Source: Bryobacterales bacterium (lineage in GTDB: Bacteria > Acidobacteriota > Terriglobia > Bryobacterales > UBA6623). Taken from it: a stretch of DNA of 64,000 nt. The translations under genes were made by a program, and so were the position numbers. Under the pieces are notes generated by a model, which was not told where the DNA came from, made no database searches, and saw nothing but the letters and a program-made list of their open reading frames with translations. How positions within the stretch are numbered: position 1 is the first letter of the stretch; each line of letters begins with the position of its first letter. The stretch spans positions 2,926,160 through 2,990,159 of the forward strand of contig OZ241997.1 in assembly GCA_965204435.1 (NCBI GenBank). Direction: 5' to 3'. This document shows positions 9,799-18,818 of the stretch, in pieces.

Positions 9799-11256
9799 AT
9801 GTACACAGATGCGAAGCGTCGTGATATTCAGTTGCTGCTGGCAGCGGGTGTTCCCCAGGAGCGAATCGCCGATCTGACGGGCGCGTCAGTCCGCACGATT
9901 CGGCGGATCGGACGCGAGCCGGCCGACCCTGGGGAGCGCGCTGCCAAGCCACAGGCCGCGGCGCCGCCCGGCCAGCCGCGACGAGCGAGCCCGGGTCGGC
10001 CGTCGCTGGTCGAGCCGTACCGGGACGCCGTGCTGGCGATGCTAGCGGAGACGCCGAAACTCAAGAGCCTGGAAGTGCTGCGGCGCGTGCGCGAGCGCGG
10101 CTACGCAGGAGGCAAGTCGGCGGTCTACGAGTTGGTCCGGCAGCTGCGCCCGCAGGCCGTGCGGCCGATCTGCCGCTTCGAGGGCGTGGCGGGCGAATTC
10201 AGCCAGCACGACTTCGGGGAAGTGCTGATCGAGTGGAGCGGTGGCGGCCGGACACGAGTGCACTTCTTTGCCTCGCGCCTGAAGTACTCCCGCTACACCC
10301 TGGTCACGCGCGTGCCGGACCAGCGGGTCGAGACGCTCGTGCGCACGCTGGCCGCCGATTTCGCGCGCATGGGGGGGCTGCCGCTGCTGGCAGTGTTCGA
10401 CCGGCCCAAGACGATTGCGACGCGATCGGATCCGAAGACCGGCGCAGTGCTGGCTTGGAACCCGACCTTCGCCGAAGCGACCGCCCGCCTGGGCGTTGCG
10501 GTCGAGGTCTGCTGGCCGTACCAGCCTCAGCAAAAGGGATCCGTGGAGAATGTGGTGGGCTGGGTCAAGGGCTCCTTCTTCAAGCCGCGGCAATTCCTCG
10601 ACGAGCACGACCTGGAGATGCAGTTGCAGGCTTGGCACGAGGAGGTCAACGAGCGGCGCGCCAATCGCGCCACCGAGCGCATACCCGGCGAACTGCTGCG
10701 GGAGCAGGAGCTGAGCCGTCTGCGGCCGGTCAAGCTGTTGCCCGAGCAACTCGACCTGCGCTATCCGGTGCGGGTCGGCCCGACCGGCATGGTGACGTTC
10801 CGGACCAACCGCTACTCGATGCCGGCCGAGGCTCTGGGCTACTCGGCGACGTTGCGCCTGTTCAGCGACCGGGTGGTCATCGAAGCGGGGCGCTACCGGG
10901 CCGAGCATCCGCGCCTGCAAGGCCGCAATGTGGTCTCGAGCCTGCCCGCGCACCGCGAGGGCCTGCTGGCCGCGGTGAGCGGAAAGCGAGGTCGCATGTA
11001 TCTGAAACGACAGCACTTGCTGGAGCTCGGCCGCGACGCAGAGCGGTTCCTGACCGAACTCGTGCACGTGCGGCCAAGGCACTGGCACGATGATGTCGAG
11101 CGGCTGCACGAACTGCTGCAAGCCTGCGGCAGCGAGGTCTTGCGGGACGCCTTCCGGCGGGTTGCGTGGCAGCCGGAGATCTCCGTGGCCGCGCTTGTCA
11201 GAGAAGTCAACGGCCGGGCCCCGCTGTTCGCCCGGGCCCCGGAGCAGGCCTCGTGA
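9799..11256 (+). CDS. istA: IS21 transposase IstA
   Basis: N-terminal HTH, RFEGVAGEFSQHDFG, FDRPK and KGSVEN. ATG at 9799 follows the RBS AGGAG. Confidence 0.95.
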   Translation: MYTDAKRRDIQLLLAAGVPQERIADLTGASVRTIRRIGREPADPGERAAKPQAAAPPGQPRRASPGRPSLVEPYRDAVLAMLAETPKLKSLEVLRRVRERGYAGGKSAVYELVRQLRPQAVRPICRFEGVAGEFSQHDFGEVLIEWSGGGRTRVHFFASRLKYSRYTLVTRVPDQRVETLVRTLAADFARMGGLPLLAVFDRPKTIATRSDPKTGAVLAWNPTFAEATARLGVAVEVCWPYQPQQKGSVENVVGWVKGSFFKPRQFLDEHDLEMQLQAWHEEVNERRANRATERIPGELLREQELSRLRPVKLLPEQLDLRYPVRVGPTGMVTFRTNRYSMPAEALGYSATLRLFSDRVVIEAGRYRAEHPRLQGRNVVSSLPAHREGLLAAVSGKRGRMYLKRQHLLELGRDAERFLTELVHVRPRHWHDDVERLHELLQACGSEVLRDAFRRVAWQPEISVAALVREVNGRAPLFARAPEQAS

Positions 11257-12050
11257 GCGCCCCCCGGCCCGCCGTCCCCGCCGCGGCCCGCCCAGCCGAC
11301 CCGCCCGGCGAGCTGGCCGCCCTGCTCAAGCGCCTGCACCTGGCCAACGCCCGGCGCACCTACCCCGAGTTCATCGAGCGCGCCGAGCGCGAGGCCTGGT
11401 CGTTCCACGAGTTCCTGCTCGCCCTGGCGCGCGAGGAAGTCGCCCATCGCGCCGAGACGCGCATCCAGCGCTGCGTGCGCAAGGCCCGCTTCCCCCAGCT
11501 GAAGACCGTCGAGGAATTCGACTTCTCGGTCCAGCCCGAACTCCGTCGCACCCTGCTCGGCTCCTGCTTCGGCCCCGAGTTCGTGGCCGAGGGACGCAAT
11601 TTGGTCCTCACCGGCCGCTCCGGCCGCGGCAAGACGCACTTGGCCACTGCCATCGCCTACCGCGCCATCCAGAACGGCTACGACGCGCTCTTCAGCACCG
11701 CCGCCGCGCTCATCGACGATCTCTCCCGAGCCAGCCACGAGGGCCGCTTCCTGGCGGCCCTCAAGGCCTATGTCCAGCCCGCCGTCCTGGCCATTGACGA
11801 AGTCGGCTATCTCAGCTACGGCCCCGACGCCGCCAACGTCCTCTACCACGTCGTCAACGCCCGCTGCGTCCAGCAGCGCTGCCTGCTGTTCACCACCAAC
11901 AAGCCGCTCAAGGACTGGGGTGCCGCCCTGCACGACCACGATCTGGCCGAGGCCATCATCGACCGCGTCCTCGAGCGCGGCCGCATCGTGGCATTGGAAG
12001 GACCCTCGATGCGCACCCGCCACTTGGAGGGAATCGACTATGAACGCTGA
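11253..12050 (+). CDS. istB: IS21 helper ATPase IstB
   Basis: Walker A GRSGRGKT, IDEVGY, TTNK and GPSMR. The GTG start overlaps the istA stop. Confidence 0.95.
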   Translation: MSAPRPAVPAAARPADPPGELAALLKRLHLANARRTYPEFIERAEREAWSFHEFLLALAREEVAHRAETRIQRCVRKARFPQLKTVEEFDFSVQPELRRTLLGSCFGPEFVAEGRNLVLTGRSGRGKTHLATAIAYRAIQNGYDALFSTAAALIDDLSRASHEGRFLAALKAYVQPAVLAIDEVGYLSYGPDAANVLYHVVNARCVQQRCLLFTTNKPLKDWGAALHDHDLAEAIIDRVLERGRIVALEGPSMRTRHLEGIDYER

Positions 12051-12277
12051 CCGAGAAGCCCGCACTCCGCGAGCATCTGCTAGCATGGTCCGACCCGTTT
12101 CAGCCGGGACGACTTCTGCCGCACCCTTGCCCGACCTCCCACGCCACCTGCCAAACCCCGGACGGGACCGGACCGGCTGCTCGCAGCCTCCCTGCCCATC
12201 GCCCGGCAGTGCCACCTCTAACTCTTACGCTTCGTCCCCTTCTCAGCCCCTTGCTGACCGGCCAGAATTTCCGGAAA

Positions 12278-13831
12278 TCAGAGGCCAGAATTTCCGGAAC
12301 CCACAGACCTGCGCCCGGAATTAGAAGTCTTGCACGATACGCCACCACATCGACGGCCCTCCCGACGGACCGACCGACGCATTGGGTGCCATAGGCCCGA
12401 GCGCGGTGCCTCGCTACCGGTTGGGATCCTAGCATCCCAGCGCGGCTTGTAGACGATCGGATGACGCTCTTTGGCTCTAGCGGGGTCGTAGTCGGGATTG
12501 GGTGCTGGCATCGTGGCACCAACGGACTCTCTCCACGCCGCCACTGCCTCCCGCATTGCGGCAGTGCGCTTCTTTTCCAGCGAGGACAGATCCTTGCTCT
12601 CCGCTGGATCCTCGATGAGGTTGTAGAGTTCAACGTGCGAGTCTTCGTAGAACTCGATCAGCTTCCAGCCTTTCTTGCGAATTGCCGCGGCAGGTGTGGA
12701 TCCCGCATTTGAGTAGTGCGGATAGTGCCAGTAGAGCGTGTCTCGCTCGAGCTCTCCGGTCTGCTTGAGCAAGGGCACGAGGCTCTTGCCGTCTGTGGTG
12801 TGGCCGTCTGTATCTGCCGCCGCGGCCATTTCAAGCAGCGTGGGATAGAAGTCGATGCTGCTGACAGGTGTGTCTTCGACTGCACCCGCTTGAACCGCTT
12901 TGGGCCAGCGCACGATCAGCGGCTCGCGGATGCCGCCCTCCCAGATGTAGCCCTTGCCCGATCGGAAGCCGCCGTTGAAGGCGCGGCTCGCCACTCCCCC
13001 GTTGTCGGAGAAGAAGAAGACGGCGGTGTCGGAGGCGAGATCGTGACGCTCCAGCAAGGCGAGCAGGCGTCCCACGCTCTGGTCGACACCTTCGACCATC
13101 GCGGCGTAGACCGCGTGGTTCCGGTTGGTCGGATCGGTCCTGCCCGCGTAGCTGTCGATCAGGCTGCGCTTGGCTTGGATAGGCCCGTGCACTGAGTAGT
13201 AGGACAGATACAGGAAGAACGGGCGCTCCCGATTCTCTTCGATGAACTGTTCGGCGGCCTTGGTCAACTTGTCAGTCAAGTAGTCGCCGGGCTGAGCACC
13301 GGGGACTTGGAGCCACTTGTGCGGCGCGAACATGGTTCTGTGCGAGCCCAAGTGGCCGGACGCGAAGCTCTCGTCGAACCCGCGCTTCTCCGGCATGTAA
13401 TCGCCTGCTCCGAGGTGCCACTTGCCGATGCAGGCGGTGGCGTAGCCGGCCGCGCTGAGCGGCTCCGCGATCACGGTCTCGTCGAGTGGCAGACCTAGGG
13501 GGAGTTGAGCTTGTAGCAGCTTGGCGTGGGGCAGGACGTTGCCGGGCAGGTACTGCGTCAGACCGAGTCGGGCGGGCCAGCGGCCGGTCAGAATACTGGC
13601 CCGTGTCGGAGAACAGTTGGGGGCTGCGGCGTAGGCGTTCGTGAAGCGCATGCCCTCTTCGGCCAGACGGTCAATGTTGGGCGTGCGGTGATAGCTGTTG
13701 CCATAGGCCGCAACATCGGCGTAGCCCATGTCGTCGAGAAGCAGGAAGATGATGTTGGGACGATCTGCTGTCTGGGCTAGGGATTCGGCCGTCGAACCGA
13801 GGGCTGCAACGGCGCACAACGCCGCGGACAA
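12278..13831 (-). CDS. Type I (formylglycine) sulfatase; native start removed by an IS630 fragment and the ORF tail runs into the IS21 end
   Basis: PNIIFLLLDDMG, CSPTR, GKWHLG, SDNGG, GKG..WEGGIR and ELYNL..DP.E. Only part of a signal peptide remains. Confidence 0.88.
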   Translation of the reverse strand: MSAALCAVAALGSTAESLAQTADRPNIIFLLLDDMGYADVAAYGNSYHRTPNIDRLAEEGMRFTNAYAAAPNCSPTRASILTGRWPARLGLTQYLPGNVLPHAKLLQAQLPLGLPLDETVIAEPLSAAGYATACIGKWHLGAGDYMPEKRGFDESFASGHLGSHRTMFAPHKWLQVPGAQPGDYLTDKLTKAAEQFIEENRERPFFLYLSYYSVHGPIQAKRSLIDSYAGRTDPTNRNHAVYAAMVEGVDQSVGRLLALLERHDLASDTAVFFFSDNGGVASRAFNGGFRSGKGYIWEGGIREPLIVRWPKAVQAGAVEDTPVSSIDFYPTLLEMAAAADTDGHTTDGKSLVPLLKQTGELERDTLYWHYPHYSNAGSTPAAAIRKKGWKLIEFYEDSHVELYNLIEDPAESKDLSSLEKKRTAAMREAVAAWRESVGATMPAPNPDYDPARAKERHPIVYKPRWDARIPTGSEAPRSGLWHPMRRSVRREGRRCGGVSCKTSNSGRRSVGSGNSGL

Positions 13832-14164
13832 CTACGCCACGCACAAGCACGCCAAGGTCCAGGCTTGGCTCCACAAGCACAAGCGCTTCCACATGCACTT
13901 CACGCCGACCTCCAGTTCCTGGATGAACCTGGTGGAGCGCTTCTTCGCCGACCTGACCCAGGACTGAGTGCGCGACGGCAGTTTCGCCAGCGTCAAGGAG
14001 CTCAAGGACTCGATCGTGGCGTACTTGGAGGAGCGTAACCGGGCTCCGAAGCCATACCGCTGGAAGGCCAGCGGAGCGGAGATTCTCGCCAAGATTCAAC
14101 GGGCGAGGCAAGCCTCGCAGCAGAGCGAGAGTTAATTGCCATCATTTGAGGCACGGGACACTAG
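13823..14164 (+). mobile_element. Truncated IS630-family copy (3' 342 bp)
   Basis: Near-identical to 17045-17386, including the right end GGCACGGGACACTAG. Carries a nonsense change (GACTGC to GACTGA). Confidence 0.93.
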
Positions 14165-14454
14165 CCAGGGGGCCACAGCCGATGCTGCAGCCTTGGCTCG
14201 GTTCCTGGGCAGGATCCCCGCACGGCTGCGCAAGAGCGGATCCCATCTATGGGCGTCCCGCTCGATCTGCAGCAAGCATGGAGTTCGGACGAGTCGAAGC
14301 CACCCGACCCGAAGCTTGTGCTCCGTCGTGAAGCGGCTCCGCAGCATGCTAGGCGAAGACTCGGCCGGCCCCGGCCAGGGGCCAGACCTTGAGCAACGTC
14401 GGCTGCCGCATGCTTGGCTCAGACGCCCCGAAAGTGCGCGACCACAATATGGCT

Positions 14455-14760
14455 GGGCGTTAGACGCGGTCCCGGCGTGGCGCATGTTCAGCTTGGACCG
14501 CTACGCACGGGTCGAGCCCGAGACGCCGGCGGCGGAGGTGCTGCCAGAGGACGAGCGAGAGGTGATCGGCATCATCGTGCGGGGCGAGCGGTTGCTGCCG
14601 CTGACCGAGCGCGACGGGCCGATCCTGCCGGACATCCGGAGCTGGGTGGTGCTGCTGGCGCACATCGCGGACTGGCAGCCCTCGATTCGGAGTTCCCTGC
14701 CCGGCAGCGAGGTCTTGTGGCAGGCCTAGGTGCAACCGCAGATGACGGGCCGCGTGACGC
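14455..14760 (+). pseudogene. IS4/IS50-like transposase C-terminal fragment
   Basis: AWRMFSLDRYARVEPETPA..PDIRSWVVLLAHIADWQPS..LPGSEVLWQA resembles the Tn5-type dimerisation region. Confidence 0.65.
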
Positions 14761-14882
14761 AAGTAGCCAGGGCACCTCAGCCATACCCGAACCTGCGCCT
14801 CCCTCGAATGTGACCAAGCGCTAGCTTGACGCAGCACCACCCAATCATGCAACATTAAGCTGAAGGTTGCCTAGGAGATTGA

Positions 14883-15086
14883 ATGGCTGACAATCCCAAC
14901 GCCCCCCGAGTGCCGTTAAGTGAAGATGACTTAGAGGTCTTCGAGCGGCTTGAGGAGGCCCAGCGGCAATATGCGCAATACGTTGAGATCACCGAGGCCG
15001 CAACGGTGATTTTCCCGGCCGAGACGCCCCCGGTGCCGCCAGCTACGGATGTCCCCCTGTCGCTGACGATCGGGCCGGATCGTTAG
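14883..15086 (+). CDS. Small acidic hypothetical protein (67 aa)
   Basis: Strong RBS (TAGGAG) before the ATG; ends 35 bp upstream of the protease gene on the same strand. Confidence 0.6.
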   Translation: MADNPNAPRVPLSEDDLEVFERLEEAQRQYAQYVEITEAATVIFPAETPPVPPATDVPLSLTIGPDR

Positions 15087-15121
15087 ATCGCCGTGAGTCT
15101 CGGCAATCCCAGTACGAACGA

Positions 15122-16126
15122 ATGCCAAGCTGGAGCCAACTGGTAGACCACATCGACAGCTTACCCAACGACAAGGCTAGAACCGACTTCACCAAGCGCG
15201 AGATCGTGAATCGACTGGCGGAAATCGGTAAGCTCCGCGGAGACCGCAATGTAATATTCTACGGCTCGGGGTTTCTCCAGAAACCCGACGCGCCGCCTCA
15301 GACCATCCAGATTACGCACGAGGACTTGAACGCCTTCATGTCCGTCATGTTCGAGATGGAATGGAACCGAGGGCTGACGCTCGTTCTGCATACTCCCGGC
15401 GGGGTCATCAACGCTGCCGAAACAATAGTGGCTTATCTCCGTTCGAAGTTCGCCGACATCGAAGTCATTGTCCCAACTTTCGCCATGTCGGCCGGAACGA
15501 TGATCAGCTTGGCCGCTGATCGCATTGTGATGGGCCGGCAGAGCCAACTCGGCCCGATCGATCCCATGTTCGTGATGGGACAGCGAACTCACTCAGCTCG
15601 CGCCATTGTGGACCAGTTCGACAAAGCCAGGGATGAAATCCTAGGCAACACCGCAGCTTCTGGGGTCTGGTTCCCCATATTGCAAAGCATGGGGCCCGCA
15701 CTACTTGAGGAGGCAAGGAACGCGCTCGAATATGGCGAGCGAATGGTCAAGGAATGGCTGGAGGCTTACATGTTTTCGGGGAGGGAAAATGCGGGTGACC
15801 TCGCGAAGGCTGTCGCACACTATTTCAATGACACCTCGAACCACAAGAGCCACGGACGACGAATAGACCGTGATGAAGCGCGAGGACAAGGCCTGAACGT
15901 GGAAGACCTTGAGGAGAGACAAGATCTCCAGGAGGCGGTCCTTACGCTATATCACCTTGCAACGATCGTGATCGAGAAGGGTCCCCTGGCAAAGCTGGTT
16001 TGCTCAGATCACGGCAAGACGCACGTTAAGAACTGGGTGCCGACGCAGCCACACCTGCAAGGGGTGCAATTGTCGATCCCGACCCAACAACGGCCTGCCC
16101 GCAAAGAGGGACCTGAACCCTGCTAA
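15122..16126 (+). CDS. SDH-family / S49 ClpP-fold serine protease
   Basis: Motifs LVLHTPGG..AAETIV, IVPTFAMSAGTMISLAAD, SQLGPIDP and SHGRRI. Confidence 0.88.
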   Translation: MPSWSQLVDHIDSLPNDKARTDFTKREIVNRLAEIGKLRGDRNVIFYGSGFLQKPDAPPQTIQITHEDLNAFMSVMFEMEWNRGLTLVLHTPGGVINAAETIVAYLRSKFADIEVIVPTFAMSAGTMISLAADRIVMGRQSQLGPIDPMFVMGQRTHSARAIVDQFDKARDEILGNTAASGVWFPILQSMGPALLEEARNALEYGERMVKEWLEAYMFSGRENAGDLAKAVAHYFNDTSNHKSHGRRIDRDEARGQGLNVEDLEERQDLQEAVLTLYHLATIVIEKGPLAKLVCSDHGKTHVKNWVPTQPHLQGVQLSIPTQQRPARKEGPEPC

Positions 16127-16202
16127 ACCGTAGTCGCGAAAAGGATCGTTTCCGCGACGGTGGCTACCGCGGGCAGCGCGTCGCCAAGCTGGCCGAATGG
16201 CC

Positions 16203-17385
16203 TAGTGTAATGTAACATAATTGATAGAAATTATAGCGGCGATTGTGCTACGCTCGTTCGCGGAAGGACCACGCCCTGTGGCGCGACCTGTCGGAACCCT
16301 CGAGATCGGGCCTGCCGAACAGCAGGAACTCCAGCGCAGGGTCCGTGCGACCACGACCCCTAGGCGCGATGTGGAAAGGGCCCGCATCGTCCTGCTGCGC
16401 GCCCAAGGCGTGCGGCAGAAGGATATCGCCGCGCAGCTCGGTGTCAGCATCGGCTCCGTCAACCGCTGGTCGCAACGCTTTGACGTCGACGGCATCGCGG
16501 GCCTGCGGGACCGTCCGGGACGGGGACGCCGGCGGTCGATTCCCTTGCAAACAGTGGAAAAAGTCGTCACCGAGGCGGGCCGCAAGCCGCCCGGGCGGCA
16601 GCGCTGGAGCACCCGCTCGCTGGCCGCCGCCACGGGCGTGTCGCATTCCAGCGTGCAGCGCATCTGGGCCGAGCACGACCTCAAGCCGCATCGCAGCAAG
16701 ACGTTCAAGCTCTCCGGCGACGAGCACTTCGAGGCGAAATTCTGGGACGTGATCGGACTGTACCTAGACCCGCCCGAGAAGTCCGTCGTGCTGTGCTGCG
16801 ACGAGAAGACGCAATGCCAGGCGCTGGAGCGCACCCAGCCGGCCCTGCCGCTGGGCGTGGGGAATGTGCGGACCAAGACCCATGACTACATCCGGCACGG
16901 CACGATTTGCCTGTTCGCGGCGATGAGCTACCTGGAGGGGAAGCTGACCTACCGCATTGAGCACAAGCACACCCACGTGGAATGGCTGCGCTTCCTGAAG
17001 CAGCTGCAGCGCGAGGTGCCGCGGGGTCTGCAGGTCCACGTGATCGCGGACAACTACGCCACGCACAAGCACGCCAAGGTCCAGGCTTGGCTCCACAAGC
17101 ACAAGCGCTTCCACATGCACTTCACGCCGACCTCCAGTTCCTGGATGAACCTGGTGGAGCGCTCCTTCGCCGACCTGACCCAGGACTGCGTGCGAGAAGG
17201 CAGTTTCGCCAGCGTCAAGGAGCTCAAGGACTCGATCGTGGCGTACTTGGAGGAGCGTAACCGGGCTCCGAAGCCATACCGCTGGAAGGCCAGCGGAGCG
17301 GAGATTCTCGCCAAGATCCAACGGGCGAGGCAAGCCTTGCAGCAGAGCGAGAGCTAATTGCCATCATTTGAGGCACGGGACACTA
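16203..17385 (+). mobile_element. IS630-family element (complete)
   Basis: Ends CTAGTGT...ACACTAG with a TA target duplication; single transposase ORF. Confidence 0.92.
16278..17357 (+). CDS. IS630 transposase
   Basis: HTH, CCDEKTQCQAL, HDYIRHGT, IADNYATHK and SSSWMNLVER. The likely start is GTG at 16278. Confidence 0.93.
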   Translation: MARPVGTLEIGPAEQQELQRRVRATTTPRRDVERARIVLLRAQGVRQKDIAAQLGVSIGSVNRWSQRFDVDGIAGLRDRPGRGRRRSIPLQTVEKVVTEAGRKPPGRQRWSTRSLAAATGVSHSSVQRIWAEHDLKPHRSKTFKLSGDEHFEAKFWDVIGLYLDPPEKSVVLCCDEKTQCQALERTQPALPLGVGNVRTKTHDYIRHGTICLFAAMSYLEGKLTYRIEHKHTHVEWLRFLKQLQREVPRGLQVHVIADNYATHKHAKVQAWLHKHKRFHMHFTPTSSSWMNLVERSFADLTQDCVREGSFASVKELKDSIVAYLEERNRAPKPYRWKASGAEILAKIQRARQALQQSES

Positions 17386-17454
17386 GATCAAGGATTGGGG
17401 ACCATCGGGCGGCGCGCGAGCTGCGCCATGGCCCCCCTAGCCTGCCGTCGGGTG

Positions 17455-17740
17455 AGAACAGGAGCATCAGGCCGAACTGGAGCTGTCGGTTGCCCTGAGC
17501 CGTACTTCCAATAGCTCCCGCACTGCGATTGCCGATAGCAAGACTAGGCCGGCCGAAGTGAGGCCGATTGAAGAAATTGAAGGCCCCAAACTGGAACTCG
17601 ATCCTCGAGATCTCGCTAAGCGGCAGCGGGAAATTGCGATGCAGTGCGAAGTTGACCATGTTAGCCCCCGACCCTTCGAGAATGTTGCGGCCTGAGTCTC
17701 CAAATGTATACCTCGGTGGGAAGAGAAGGGCGGCGCCAAA
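17455..17740 (-). pseudogene. 3' remnant of an Oar-like TonB-dependent receptor
   Basis: YTFGDSGRNILEG..AFNFFNRPHF..RQLQFGLMLLF is the typical C-terminus of this family; the rest of the gene is absent. Confidence 0.75.
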
Positions 17741-17839
17741 CTACGAAATCAGGTCAGGGTGTCTCATGGATGTCTCAGGTCTCGCCAAGGAAGCGGCGAT
17801 GACCGAGTGATTGAACTCCGTTGATGTCGCTCGCCCCAG

Positions 17840-17896
17840 CGCGCCCGGCTGGGCGGCGCCCCCGACGCGACGTGCAGAGCCGCCCAGCCGGGCGCG
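17840..17896. repeat. Perfect 18-bp inverted repeat with a 21-nt loop
   Basis: CGCGCCCGGCTGGGCGGC ... GCCGCCCAGCCGGGCGCG. Confidence 0.85.
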
Positions 17897-18818
17897 GCTT
17901 AAGGAACTGGGGCCGGGTTCGACTCGCCTTTCATTCCAATAGAATTCAGGGAAGATCCGCTCATGCCCACCAGCCCCCTGAGACCCATGTGATTCGGGGA
18001 AATTTTTGAGAGTTCACCAACGGGTCACCTCTTCTAGCTACTTGTTCACTCAAATTCCAGAGTCGCTGTGTATTAGTCATAATATAGGCTTACGGATGAT
18101 GCAGTTCGTCAGATGGCTCCTGAGAATGCCGTGACCGGAGGTCTGGCAGCAGTTCCCATGGCGGCGGTTCATCGGACTCGCGATCTTGACTTATGCGGTC
18201 TGGGCGATCGCGTCCGTTGCGGTGGCGATTCCTCTGTGGCGCGACATGGCAACGGAGCCGAGCGGGGTCGTCCCTCTGGAGATCTGGGTCCGGACGGTCT
18301 GGTTCGCGATCACCGAATGGCCTTGGACTGTACTTGTGGCGTGGCTCGCATTCACCGGCGTCGTGCTAGCCGAAACGCCCACGCCTACCTATATCTCCCC
18401 GGAACGAGCAAGGTCTATCGTGTCGTCGAGTGCATACCCGATGAGCCAGCCTGCGGTAACGGTTGCTTGATGCCTCTGGGCTTTCTGACAGCTCCCGTCT
18501 TCGATGGAATGACCCCGAGTCCGCTGCAAGGTTCGGGACAGCCGGCGCCGGCAGCCGATACGCTTGTTAGCGCAGAGGTGGCAACCGGCGGTTGCCCCTG
18601 CCCCCGGTGGTCGGTCTCGATGTTTTCTCCGATCGTGCCGTGTTCGGCGTCCCACCCGATGCGCTTCGCGGCTCGATCTCCTTCGCCTGATGTCCGTCGC
18701 CTGATCCAGTTCTCGGCGGCTCCACCGATCAGGGCACCAAGCGTAGGTTCTTTCACCAGGCGCAGGTTCTTTCACCATACGTAGCTCATAGGACGTACCT
18801 CACACAAGGAGCAAAAAA

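Larger units (their letters stand above)
7668..12305 (+). mobile_element. IS21-family element 1 (left end interrupted by a group II intron)
   Basis: Ends TGCGAGTTCCGGAA (7668) and TTCCGGAACCCACA (12305), internal TTCCGGAA repeats, 6-bp TSD GACCTG (7662-7667 and 12306-12311), istA-istB. Confidence 0.93.

Noticed and set aside
1-12305. CRISPR-associated transposon (cas3-less Cascade near IstA/IstB)
   Set aside because: There is no tniQ/tnsD, the IS21 has its own ends and TSD that exclude the cas genes, and a cas3 remnant is present.
7668-12305. IStron-like chimeric element or retron
   Set aside because: IStrons are group I intron-IS200/605/607 fusions; this is a nested group II insertion with discrete boundaries. 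No retron msr/msd features or VTG motif were seen.
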